Shown one piece after another: positions 16,367 through 24,931 of a stretch of 27,130 bases of DNA. Numbering within the stretch: position 1 is the first letter of the stretch; each line of letters starts with the position of its first letter. The notes under the pieces are model-generated. The model saw only the letters and a program-made list of their open reading frames with translations, was not told the origin of the DNA and did no database searches. Location: IMG/VR virus record IMGVR_UViG_3300005512_000274, positions 1 to 27,130 of that record. The stretch is one strand, 5' to 3'. Position numbers and translations under genes: made by a program. This stretch comes from a virus (Duplodnaviria; Caudoviricetes).

Positions 16367-18076
16367 TTATGCTCCTAATAGTTCCGGTTGTTCAGATACT
16401 GCTTGACGGATCATGCCAACAATTAATGGTTTACGCTGTTGGAGCAACTCATCAAAACCCTCGGCGTTAGTTGCACTAATATCAAACGTAATATTAACTA
16501 CTTTGCTGCCAATTTCATCATTTGGCGTTACTGTTCCTGTGCGACCTGGAGTTACAATCTCGGGGCCGCGTTCACCAACCAAGTATGGCTGATTACCTGT
16601 GATAGTGCCGCCATACATACGTCCTTGATATTTTTGTGCTTTAATTGTAGCAACCTGTGCCATACCAGCTGCAATAACACCACCCATTTGAATCCAGTTA
16701 AGAGGAAATGGTAGTTTTAGTGCTTCAGTAGCAGCAGTATATGTATTCATAATTGCTGTAGCAATATTATATGCTTGCATGGCTGCAAACATTTCTTTTG
16801 ATTGTCCGCCAAATGCGTTTCCTAAATCTTTTAATGAATCGATAGTATTTTGTTTAACTTGACCTTCAATATTTTTTTTAGCAGCAGCATATTGTTCATC
16901 GGATAATAATTTAGCACGATGGAAATCTTCTAAAGCAGTTAGTTGATCGGCATATGACATAGCAGCAGCATCTGTTGCTCCATACCAATAAGCTAGATCG
17001 GTGCCTAACATCATTTCTCTAAAAGCAACCTGAGCCGATAATAATTCTGCTTGTGCGGCAGCTTGTGCTTCTTGTTCTTGTTTTACTAGATCAACATGAG
17101 CATATGGTTGCTGTTCGGGCATAATAACACTTGTCTGACCATTTTGTGTTACGAGATCTCCCCCGGGGCCGGCTTGGTTTCTTAATTCGTCGCGGCGTTT
17201 GACTAGATATGATAATCTTGTATCGAGTTCGTCAAGCATATCAACATTATCTGATCCAGCAGCAACCATAGCTGCAATTTCTTCAGTCACATCAGCAATG
17301 CTTTTTTCAACATCCTTTAATGGGTATGATACGCCGTTAACTTTATTAGTAATAACATCGAACAGCTCAGTTAAATCATTTAATATCTCTTTAAACCATT
17401 CACTTGCACCGGATGCTGTAATAATAGTATTAGCCATTTTATCCCAAGCGACACTTAGGTTTGAAATGGTTCCGGTTAATGTTTTCATTTGATCATTAGC
17501 AGCACCAGCAAAATTAACTTCACCGATTTTGCGGAGATAGGCTTGAATATCCTCGCTGCTGTTTTTAACGGTTGTTGTTACACCATTGAAGGTAAATTCG
17601 ATTTCGTCGCCTTGCTTTTTTGCTTTAATGCCAAATTCTTTTAAGCGTTCAAATTCGCCCATGGCCGCATCAGCAACTGCCTCAACCAATTGGTCGAGAC
17701 TTTTGCCCATTGCGCTTGCGGTATTAGTATAAGACATTAATGCAGCTTCGCTTGGGTCTAAGCCTAATGTCTTTAATTTAATGAATGAATTTACTACTTC
17801 ATCTACACTTAATGGGACTTTAGTAGCAAATTGTTCTAGCTTTCCAAATGCTGATGCTGCTGCGCCAGTCGACCCTTCGATTGTTTTTAATCTAACTTGT
17901 AGATTTTCAAATCTTGCTGCGAGAGATACAACCGATTGCCCAGCGGCACCAGCACGCTGGGCAAGGTTAATCATACTATCTAATTTAACAGCAGTTAAAC
18001 TTTTGTTTAACCTATCAATTGCTGCAACAGCTTTGCTAGTATCTGCATTAACTCTTACGGTGGCGTCTGCTGACAT
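16367..18076 (-). CDS. Tape measure protein
   Basis: Ala-rich helical; tape-measure domain (FA.KVPLSVDEV...GEFERLKEFGI); C-terminal GG...YLVGERGPE. Confidence 0.9.
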   Translation of the reverse strand: MSADATVRVNADTSKAVAAIDRLNKSLTAVKLDSMINLAQRAGAAGQSVVSLAARFENLQVRLKTIEGSTGAAASAFGKLEQFATKVPLSVDEVVNSFIKLKTLGLDPSEAALMSYTNTASAMGKSLDQLVEAVADAAMGEFERLKEFGIKAKKQGDEIEFTFNGVTTTVKNSSEDIQAYLRKIGEVNFAGAANDQMKTLTGTISNLSVAWDKMANTIITASGASEWFKEILNDLTELFDVITNKVNGVSYPLKDVEKSIADVTEEIAAMVAAGSDNVDMLDELDTRLSYLVKRRDELRNQAGPGGDLVTQNGQTSVIMPEQQPYAHVDLVKQEQEAQAAAQAELLSAQVAFREMMLGTDLAYWYGATDAAAMSYADQLTALEDFHRAKLLSDEQYAAAKKNIEGQVKQNTIDSLKDLGNAFGGQSKEMFAAMQAYNIATAIMNTYTAATEALKLPFPLNWIQMGGVIAAGMAQVATIKAQKYQGRMYGGTITGNQPYLVGERGPEIVTPGRTGTVTPNDEIGSKVVNITFDISATNAEGFDELLQQRKPLIVGMIRQAVSEQPELLGA

Positions 18077-18240
18077 TTTGATATGCTTCCTTTTTCATTT
18101 CAGCTTCCTTCTTAAAAAAAGCAAGCCATAGTCTAAGTTCGAACGCTGTTATCTTTTCTTGCCCTTCTGCTAATGTTAATCCAAGTTCTCTACAAACCTG
18201 CATTAACATAAAGATATCAGCGTTCTCAGTTAGTTTTTTT
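18048..18240 (-). CDS. -1 frameshift extension of tail assembly chaperone (gpGT-like)
   Basis: GAA AAA AAC TAA slippery site; the -1 frame stays open 61 codons (LTENADIFMLMQVCRELGLT...ELRLWLAFFKKE...KS*) into the TMP start. Confidence 0.8.
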
Positions 18241-18568
18241 CGAGGTCCTCGTTTGACATAATGCCTGCATTAATTACACCAGCAACCTGGATCACAACTT
18301 TTGGATCTGCTTCATTAAGCAATGTTGCACGATCTGCATCATTAAACAAACGCTTACCGTCACCGTCACGGGCTTTAACTAGAAGACTTTCAACCAGTGC
18401 TTCCATTGATTTTCCTTGCCCCTGTAAATTCATAATACGCATTTCGTCTTTGATTGGGTAAGTTGGATAAAAATAGATATCCATATCCCACTTAGCACAA
18501 TGGTATTTCTGTAAATTATTTTCTACTGCCTTATTAAAGTGATTTCTTACTTTATCAATAGCACTCAT
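18230..18568 (-). CDS. Tail assembly chaperone (gpG-like)
   Basis: Directly upstream of TMP; D.DGKRLF...D motif; ends LEKN on the slippery sequence. Confidence 0.85.
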   Translation of the reverse strand: MSAIDKVRNHFNKAVENNLQKYHCAKWDMDIYFYPTYPIKDEMRIMNLQGQGKSMEALVESLLVKARDGDGKRLFNDADRATLLNEADPKVVIQVAGVINAGIMSNEDLEKN

Positions 18569-18936
18569 CTAAATTTCCTTTGTATTAATGTTTCAAGTTT
18601 TTTTAACAACCCATACTTTTCAGTAACATATCTGCTGTATGGCACTAGGTTAATTAATTCAGCTTTGTGTCCTCTGCCCTTAATTTTCCATCCATTGCGC
18701 ATGGTTCCTGTTTGTTTTGGTGTCATTGGACGAACTTGTTCGCGTCCATATTTCATCACACTATCAACTTTTTGATCTATCGCACGCTGCATCTTAGTAT
18801 GTAAGCTAGGATTAATATCTACGCGAGTACGAACTCGTATCGGTGAATCACCTAGATTAGGTAATTCGGGCTGCTCAGAACGACCAATCGCCCGAACAAC
18901 CCGAAATGCTACAAACCTTAATACGGCTGGTAACAT
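18565..18936 (-). CDS. HK97 gp10-like tail completion protein
   Basis: TPKQTGTMRNGW...NLVPYSRYV motif; basic. Confidence 0.7.
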   Translation of the reverse strand: MLPAVLRFVAFRVVRAIGRSEQPELPNLGDSPIRVRTRVDINPSLHTKMQRAIDQKVDSVMKYGREQVRPMTPKQTGTMRNGWKIKGRGHKAELINLVPYSRYVTEKYGLLKKLETLIQRKFR

Positions 18937-18941
18937 TACCG

Positions 18942-19334
18942 TTAGGTAGCAGTACCAAGTGTGACACTACCAGTGCCTTGGAATGAAATGCTTGCTTCAA
19001 CCATGCCTTCCATGGTTGAGTTTACACTAATTCCAGTAACAATGATATTGCCGCTCACTTTTGGATTGCCTGAGCCGCTGTCGCTTGGATAGCCGACAAA
19101 TGCTACTTGGCCGCTGGTGATAGCATCTTCGATGTTACCAACAACCGTTGTATCATAATAAATGTCAGCACTTCCAGACCATTCCTTAACGCCTTGCTTG
19201 TAAGTACGGAAATCATCAGTCATGACAGTTGATTCAACTGTGTTAACTGTATAATCCATACTCCATGAGCGTAAGTTAGCAACTGCATCGCCGTCGATTG
19301 TGATCGATCCGTCTTGTCCAGTATATGTGGCCAC
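18942..19334 (-). CDS. Major tail tube protein
   Basis: GTG start with AGGAG; GVKEWSGS, ASISFQGTG motifs. Confidence 0.85.
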   Translation of the reverse strand: MATYTGQDGSITIDGDAVANLRSWSMDYTVNTVESTVMTDDFRTYKQGVKEWSGSADIYYDTTVVGNIEDAITSGQVAFVGYPSDSGSGNPKVSGNIIVTGISVNSTMEGMVEASISFQGTGSVTLGTAT

Positions 19335-19335
19335 T

Positions 19336-19488
19336 TTAAATCTCCTGTTCTTCTGAAGTTTCTAATATTACGGGTTCAGAAATATCGTTTACATCAACAA
19401 CTGTGTAGCCAGCATTTAGCCAAGCATCCAGCATGTTTTCAAACACAAACATTTCTCTTTCACCGTTAGTTAATTTGTATTGTTTCAC
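19336..19488 (-). CDS. Hypothetical 50-aa acidic protein (not in ORF track)
   Basis: GTGA overlap with the terminator gene; MKQYKLTNGERE...WLNAGYTVV...EQEI*; fills the gap. Confidence 0.65.
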   Translation of the reverse strand: MKQYKLTNGEREMFVFENMLDAWLNAGYTVVDVNDISEPVILETSEEQEI

Positions 19489-19916
19489 GCAATACCCCTT
19501 TGATATACATATTGAACTGTTACTACTACAATAACCAATCCAAATGGTTCTACTACATCAAAATCTACATTAATATCTGTTACTTGTGTTGACCTTGCCA
19601 TGCCGTTGCGTGTTCTATCTGCATCGAGTACTTCCTCAATACGTTCAATAACATCATTACGCTGACTGTCAATATCAAATCCATTAACCCAAGCGGTTAA
19701 TTGAACTTCTAGTGTAGATTCTCGTAATCCACCAATTCCGTTTTGTGTAATATCACTGCGCACTTCGTTTGCAGTACTAACATACACAGCGGGAAATTGC
19801 TGTCTGCTTAATTGGGCTGGATCAAACGGACGGCGTGTAACCAATCCAAATCGTGGATCTTCTGCATTTTCTAATACAGCAATGATATCCTGCACAATTA
19901 ATTCACGAGCACTCAT
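19485..19916 (-). CDS. Tail terminator protein
   Basis: MSARELIV, FPAVYV...E, IEEVLDADRTRNG motifs; position before the tail tube. Confidence 0.7.
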   Translation of the reverse strand: MSARELIVQDIIAVLENAEDPRFGLVTRRPFDPAQLSRQQFPAVYVSTANEVRSDITQNGIGGLRESTLEVQLTAWVNGFDIDSQRNDVIERIEEVLDADRTRNGMARSTQVTDINVDFDVVEPFGLVIVVVTVQYVYQRGIA

Positions 19917-20344
19917 CTAACAAGTCTCTGTGTGTATAATGGTGATTTTTCGCCTTGATTAATTTCTACAGCACCATCATTGTCGGCGTCGTATTCAACA
20001 CCATCATTGATTACTGCTGTAAATTCTTCTTCGTAGCGACTTTTATAGTAAGCCATCATCTTTTCCCAGCGATCACCGTCAGGCGAGAACTGAGTTAATT
20101 TCGGTAGTATGTAATAGGAAAGACAATGGAATACGGCGGCTCTCGTAAATTGACTTTCTGTAATTAAAGTGGTATCCATTTCAATTCCAGTATATAAGTT
20201 TGCTTTACGAGGCCACCATTCCGTTTTGAGCCGACGGACGATATCTCCACGAGTCTTTGCGTGTTCCGCAGAGAAGTCTTGGATTCCATAATTGTATAAA
20301 TCTGGAAAATATTCTAGGATATCGAGGTCTGTGCTCATTGTCAT
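19913..20344 (-). CDS. Head-tail adaptor protein
   Basis: Immediately after MCP; helical; YY..RY..EF...GVEYD.DNDG motif. Confidence 0.65.
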   Translation of the reverse strand: MTMSTDLDILEYFPDLYNYGIQDFSAEHAKTRGDIVRRLKTEWWPRKANLYTGIEMDTTLITESQFTRAAVFHCLSYYILPKLTQFSPDGDRWEKMMAYYKSRYEEEFTAVINDGVEYDADNDGAVEINQGEKSPLYTQRLVR

Positions 20345-20358
20345 TTGCTAGTCCTCTA

Positions 20359-21165
20359 TTATGCTGAGTAGTCTAGGTAGATACCACGAGTGGCGTCGAT
20401 CAGACCAACTGCTGCGTGTAGGCTAGCGACAACATCGAAACCAACAGCTTCAGCACGGCGTGCAACTTCGAGGTCGATGTTCTTCTGCATGCCAATACGC
20501 ATTGCGTCCTGACCGAATACAGCAATACCTTCTGACAGGTAGCTGCTAACAAACATTGGAACACCAGCGATAGAACCTAATAGGCCTGAACGAAGTGCAG
20601 CACCCTGGAACATGTCGCCACCAGCGTATGCAGTAGAACCAATTGCGCTCATTACTGTACCGTATAGGTCAGCAGAAACAACACCATAAAGCTGGCCCAT
20701 TTCTTTAGCACCACGGATTGCACCAACAGCACCAAATACATCGTCAAGTACTGAACTACCACCAGTTGTGCCACTGGTTAAAGTTGCTAATACAGTTGCA
20801 ACATCAGCGTCAAATGAAGCTGATACTGAGTTACCTAGTACACGACCAATTTCACTTGGATCAACATTACCGAGGTCACGAACAACTGAACGAGCTGCGT
20901 ATAGGTTAGAAACGATAGTGTTCTTAGTATCAGCTGATAGAACTGTATCTAAATCAACACCAGGTGCTGCTTCAGCAGTTAATTTAGTAGCACTTACTGC
21001 TGCTAATTCTGGAACCTGTAGAACACCGTTTGGTGCATTAACTACAGGAATAAGTTGACCACCCAGGAACAATGAATTTTCGTGGGCAGCATAGATTGTT
21101 GCTGCTTTGGCAGGAACAAAAAGCGCATCGGTGTTAAAACCGGAAGTATATGCTGAATTTGCCAT
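20359..21165 (-). CDS. Major capsid protein (compact HK97 fold)
   Basis: After scaffold; strong AAGGAG RBS; GSIAGVPMFVSS P-domain motif, D..V. Confidence 0.8.
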   Translation of the reverse strand: MANSAYTSGFNTDALFVPAKAATIYAAHENSLFLGGQLIPVVNAPNGVLQVPELAAVSATKLTAEAAPGVDLDTVLSADTKNTIVSNLYAARSVVRDLGNVDPSEIGRVLGNSVSASFDADVATVLATLTSGTTGGSSVLDDVFGAVGAIRGAKEMGQLYGVVSADLYGTVMSAIGSTAYAGGDMFQGAALRSGLLGSIAGVPMFVSSYLSEGIAVFGQDAMRIGMQKNIDLEVARRAEAVGFDVVASLHAAVGLIDATRGIYLDYSA

Positions 21166-21189
21166 TATAATCTCCTTAAATCTGGCGTA

Positions 21190-21861
21190 TTAAATCAAGC
21201 CCTTTGAACGGGCTTCTTTGTATTTCTGTCTATCTTGTGGATTAGTTAAATCTAAATTAGATAGATCGAAACCGGTGTTTCCACGAACGGCTGTATTACT
21301 AACCGTTCCTGAGCCTTTTGGAGTTGCAGCAACAAAGTGTGGGTTTGCTTGTAAGAATTCATTTACCAAACTTTTAATATCAAATACATCACCTGAATCA
21401 GTGTAACGAACTTGATCATTAGTCGGATCAATCACTTCTACTGAGCCACTATCGCCTAAACGCACCTGATCTTTGAGTAGTCTTACAACTTGATCTGGAT
21501 TAACAGCTTTTAAGCTGCTGGCTGCGTTAAGTAATGCTCCATCTACTTTGATGCTTTTCAACTCCGATTGCAATTGATTGATTACAGAATCTTTCTTCTC
21601 CGCAGTTTCTTTAAGAATAGCCTCAAATTGACCGCGTTTCTTCTGATCTTCAATCTTACGGGCTTCATCAGCCTCGGTTAGTTGCTGATAATGATCGAGA
21701 TCAATGCCTGAATACTTTGATTCGTATTTCTTGCGTTCTCTTTCAACTCTATCTGCAACAATGCGGTTTACATCTTCTTGAGTAAACCCTTTTGCCTGGC
21801 TTTCAGCGGCTTGGCCAGTTACCTCTTGATTTTCCTGATTTGTAATGGTTTCAGTTTCCAT
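21190..21861 (-). CDS. Capsid scaffolding protein
   Basis: FTQEDVNRIVADRVERE motif, coiled coil, FL.ANPHF...GSG. Confidence 0.85.
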   Translation of the reverse strand: METETITNQENQEVTGQAAESQAKGFTQEDVNRIVADRVERERKKYESKYSGIDLDHYQQLTEADEARKIEDQKKRGQFEAILKETAEKKDSVINQLQSELKSIKVDGALLNAASSLKAVNPDQVVRLLKDQVRLGDSGSVEVIDPTNDQVRYTDSGDVFDIKSLVNEFLQANPHFVAATPKGSGTVSNTAVRGNTGFDLSNLDLTNPQDRQKYKEARSKGLI

Positions 21862-21922
21862 GTGTCTTTTAACCTCTTTTGTGAGTAAAACCTGCCTTAC
21901 GCAGTAATAAGTTTTAGTATAT

Positions 21923-21928
21923 TATTTA
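21923..21928 (-). promoter_or_regulatory. Candidate TAAATA late promoter for scaffold/capsid/tail operon
   Basis: aaTAAATAatatac in the gap before the scaffold gene. Confidence 0.65.
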
Positions 21929-21943
21929 TTGTTTTTTCAAACA

Positions 21944-21997
21944 TCAACGATACTTACGCCCGCCCTTACCGGGCGTCTTTGATTTCTTTTTATACAT
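21944..21997 (-). CDS. 17-aa basic micropeptide MYKKKSKTPGKGGRKYR
   Basis: AGGAGA RBS 6 nt before ATG, overlapping the portal stop. Confidence 0.5.
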   Translation of the reverse strand: MYKKKSKTPGKGGRKYR

Positions 21998-23345
21998 TAA
22001 GGTTCTCCTGTGTGGGTGATTCCATGATCAACTCCATTTCTTCGTAATCGTCAGTTAACAATTCAGCAACACGACGAGCAATAACAGTCTGCAAGCCACG
22101 ATTTCCCGGCAATAGTTCTTTTGCAGTCTTAAACGAGTTCATTTCATTTTGTGTGTCTCGAGTATTGTATGAGTTTGGATATTCGATTTTTCCGTCCCAC
22201 ATAATGCCTAACCAATCACACATAATCTGCCAAATCTGTTCTTCAGCAAGTTGTAATTGATCTGCTTTTTTAGCCAAACGAGCCCCTAATAATCTAAATT
22301 CTGTGTCTAATGCAACGCCACTTAATGTGCGAGATTCTAATACACGAATACTGCCTACATTGGCCAGTCTATTAATAGCATCAACTGTATCGCTAATGTT
22401 AGCACGAATAGCATCCAAACTACCTGAGTTAGGCTGTAACAAATATGGACGCAAGCCTGGATCCATGTTTTCAGGCATAGTGATAATAGAGCCTGCGCCT
22501 GCACTTGCAGTAACATCTTCGGTTTTAACGAGGCTGGGATGGTTTGAAATGCGGATTAACTGAGCAATCTCAGAATTTTGGTTGTATATGCTGCGTTGCA
22601 AATCTGCAATGCCTTCAATTGCACTAATTCCCACACCTTTGATGTGTGAACGAGAATCATACAAACACACAGCAGGAATATATCCTAAACCATTGGGTGT
22701 TTCATTGACTAACGAGCTGGTATTGGTGTTTTCATCGACCATGTATGTGGCGATCATTTCAGGTGTAAACACCTTGATAACATATTCTGTGTTTTCTACA
22801 TTTTCAATAACCTTTAGATAGGTTAAAGCATATGCACCATTGTATTGCCTAGTCCATTTCCAATCTAATACCATTAATGGATTAAACAAGCACAAGTATG
22901 GGCGCACACCCATTTCATATTCATCAGCAAGTGTGCTAGCATCAACTGCTGGTTTATCGGCGATGATCCAAGCACACCCAAAAATAGCACTGATGCGATC
23001 TGCTTCACTCATAAAATCGTTAAAAGAACGATCATCATAATCAGCATCTTCTAGGATAGCATCAAGTATTGGATTGTTTGCTAGCGATCCAAAATCTCTT
23101 ACTGGTGGTTCAGCAAATAAGAAACTGTTATAGATATCTACAATACTTTGGCAATGTAAATCGACTGGTGTTTCCATAGCACGTTGCAAATAATCTTGTT
23201 CGGTTTCGTATATATAACGAGTTAGATAACCGCCTTCTTTATATGATTTGCCACCACGATATGAATCATACAGGAACTTATAATTGTCCTTGTTTCGATT
23301 ATATTCTGGATTTGCTTGTAATATATCTTCTGCTGAATTTTCCAT
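21990..23345 (-). CDS. Portal protein (SPP1 gp6-like)
   Basis: 451 aa after TerL; Y..R, A.IFGCAWII.D, LGYIPAV, G.SAI..IADLQ, SGVAL motifs. Confidence 0.9.
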   Translation of the reverse strand: MENSAEDILQANPEYNRNKDNYKFLYDSYRGGKSYKEGGYLTRYIYETEQDYLQRAMETPVDLHCQSIVDIYNSFLFAEPPVRDFGSLANNPILDAILEDADYDDRSFNDFMSEADRISAIFGCAWIIADKPAVDASTLADEYEMGVRPYLCLFNPLMVLDWKWTRQYNGAYALTYLKVIENVENTEYVIKVFTPEMIATYMVDENTNTSSLVNETPNGLGYIPAVCLYDSRSHIKGVGISAIEGIADLQRSIYNQNSEIAQLIRISNHPSLVKTEDVTASAGAGSIITMPENMDPGLRPYLLQPNSGSLDAIRANISDTVDAINRLANVGSIRVLESRTLSGVALDTEFRLLGARLAKKADQLQLAEEQIWQIMCDWLGIMWDGKIEYPNSYNTRDTQNEMNSFKTAKELLPGNRGLQTVIARRVAELLTDDYEEMELIMESPTQENLNV

Positions 23346-23363
23346 TATGGAATCCTTGTTTCT

Positions 23364-23369
23364 TATTTA
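23364..23369 (-). promoter_or_regulatory. Candidate TAAATA late promoter for portal
   Basis: cTAAATAagaaacAAGGAttccataATG, overlapping the terL stop. Confidence 0.55.
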
Positions 23370-24602
23370 GTGCGTTAGCACTCCCCAGTGTGTAGGTTGC
23401 GCAATTTTACCGTGTTCTCTAACAACCGGCATTCTATATTCAATCCCGTATCCTAGTGCATCATTCATATGATCCCAGCCGTCTTTAGATGGGATCTGTG
23501 TGCCTTCTTTATAGGTTTGTTTAGTTAAACTTTCTATCAATCTGCGGCAACTGGGATCAATTAATAACTTTGGTGTACCCTCTGCTGGGCGTAGAGCTGA
23601 ATTAACTGAATTAATGCGATCTTTAACTGCTGGGTGGCTGCGTCTATATTGCACATTAAATCCAGCATTTTGTAAAATACTAATATCGGTTCTACCACCG
23701 GCTGATGTTTTGCGTTGTGCTCCGGCAGGGTCGGGGTAAGCAATAACTCGCTTGTTTGGATATCTATTCTTTACTTCCTGTGCTAATTCATCAGTATTAC
23801 TACCATAGATTACAATTTCGTCGATAATATGAATATAACTATTTTCTTGAACACCTATGCAAGCTGAAATAGGGTTTACGTTAAAGTCACAAAACAATAA
23901 TATTTCGTTTTTAGGTTCTAGTGTATATGGTTTAACATTTTGTTCTTTGCTAAATGCCCAATAAATTACACCTGAATATGTTTCAAATCGTGCTTCGTAT
24001 TCTTGCCTATAAGTGCGTTCATCTAGATCGCGGCGTGCTGCTTCTAGTTCTTCAATTGGAACGCGGCCTCCATCTGCTGTGGTGTATTGCCAACTTACCC
24101 AGTCGGTTTGTGTTGGATCTTGCCCTTTCTGATACAAATCGTATGCCCAATTACCCATACCAGCCGGAGTGCTAATAAACATTGCACCGCCACCAGTATC
24201 CGATAGTGTGGGTCTTAATACTTCATACCATGCATCTTCGTTGATGAAAGCAAATTCATCTAGAATAATGTAATTAAGTCCAACGCCGCGTAAACTGTCA
24301 AAGTTATCAGCACCGCGAAGACTAATAGTTGAGCCATTTCGTAAAGTAATAGTTAAATCACTTTCGTTAATTTTATCAGCCCAATTTAATTCTATTAGTT
24401 TGTTCTTTAGTTTGTTCCATACTGTCTGTTTTGCTTGACGGTATGATGGTGCCACATAGAATATTTTTTGATCTGGGTAGCGGGCAGCACGAGCCATCTC
24501 TCGTATTGAAAGATGGCTTTTGCCCGCTCGTCTTCCAGCTATCACACATTTAAAGCGTGATTTATTACTGGAAACAGTTTGTTGCCATTCACTTAGTGCC
24601 AT
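23367..24602 (-). CDS. terL: Terminase large subunit
   Basis: Walker A AGRRAGKS, Walker B YIILDE, ISTP coupling motif, RNase H-like DFN...DP...DHMNDALGY. Confidence 0.95.
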   Translation of the reverse strand: MALSEWQQTVSSNKSRFKCVIAGRRAGKSHLSIREMARAARYPDQKIFYVAPSYRQAKQTVWNKLKNKLIELNWADKINESDLTITLRNGSTISLRGADNFDSLRGVGLNYIILDEFAFINEDAWYEVLRPTLSDTGGGAMFISTPAGMGNWAYDLYQKGQDPTQTDWVSWQYTTADGGRVPIEELEAARRDLDERTYRQEYEARFETYSGVIYWAFSKEQNVKPYTLEPKNEILLFCDFNVNPISACIGVQENSYIHIIDEIVIYGSNTDELAQEVKNRYPNKRVIAYPDPAGAQRKTSAGGRTDISILQNAGFNVQYRRSHPAVKDRINSVNSALRPAEGTPKLLIDPSCRRLIESLTKQTYKEGTQIPSKDGWDHMNDALGYGIEYRMPVVREHGKIAQPTHWGVLTH

Positions 24603-24931
24603 TATGCACTACGATCCTTAACAAACACTCTAAAATAGCGTTCGTCGGTTAATCCGCTTGCTGTTGTAATTGTATTGGTAATGCGATAGTTATTGCTGGC
24701 TGATCCTGCTGCTAACCACACAGTTGTTGTTGTAAGTGTGTGTATGTTATTGTTGGTGGTTAATGGATTCGAATCGCCTGTAATTAATTGAATAGTCCAA
24801 GTGCTGGTGACAATTCTGTCGCCTGAATCTAACCAATCGCTCCAATCAATTGAATAGTCTAGATAACTTTCCGGATCTTTAACAATATATGATCCAATGT
24901 TATCTGTTCTAAATCCTGTTGTTTGTGTCAT
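24602..24931 (-). CDS. Virion structural protein, putative fibre-attachment adaptor
   Basis: KDP...LDYSIDWSDWL..GD.I...TTVWL..G...Y.ITN.ITT..G...ER motif; TAATG-coupled to terL. Confidence 0.65.
   Translation of the reverse strand: MTQTTGFRTDNIGSYIVKDPESYLDYSIDWSDWLDSGDRIVTSTWTIQLITGDSNPLTTNNNIHTLTTTTVWLAAGSASNNYRITNTITTASGLTDERYFRVFVKDRSA

Noticed and set aside
11109-23369. TAAATA as an archaeal TATA box
   Set aside because: Boxes lie only 8-22 nt from some start codons, with the RBS in between for portal and GIY-YIG; this fits a -10 element, and a canonical sigma70 promoter is present
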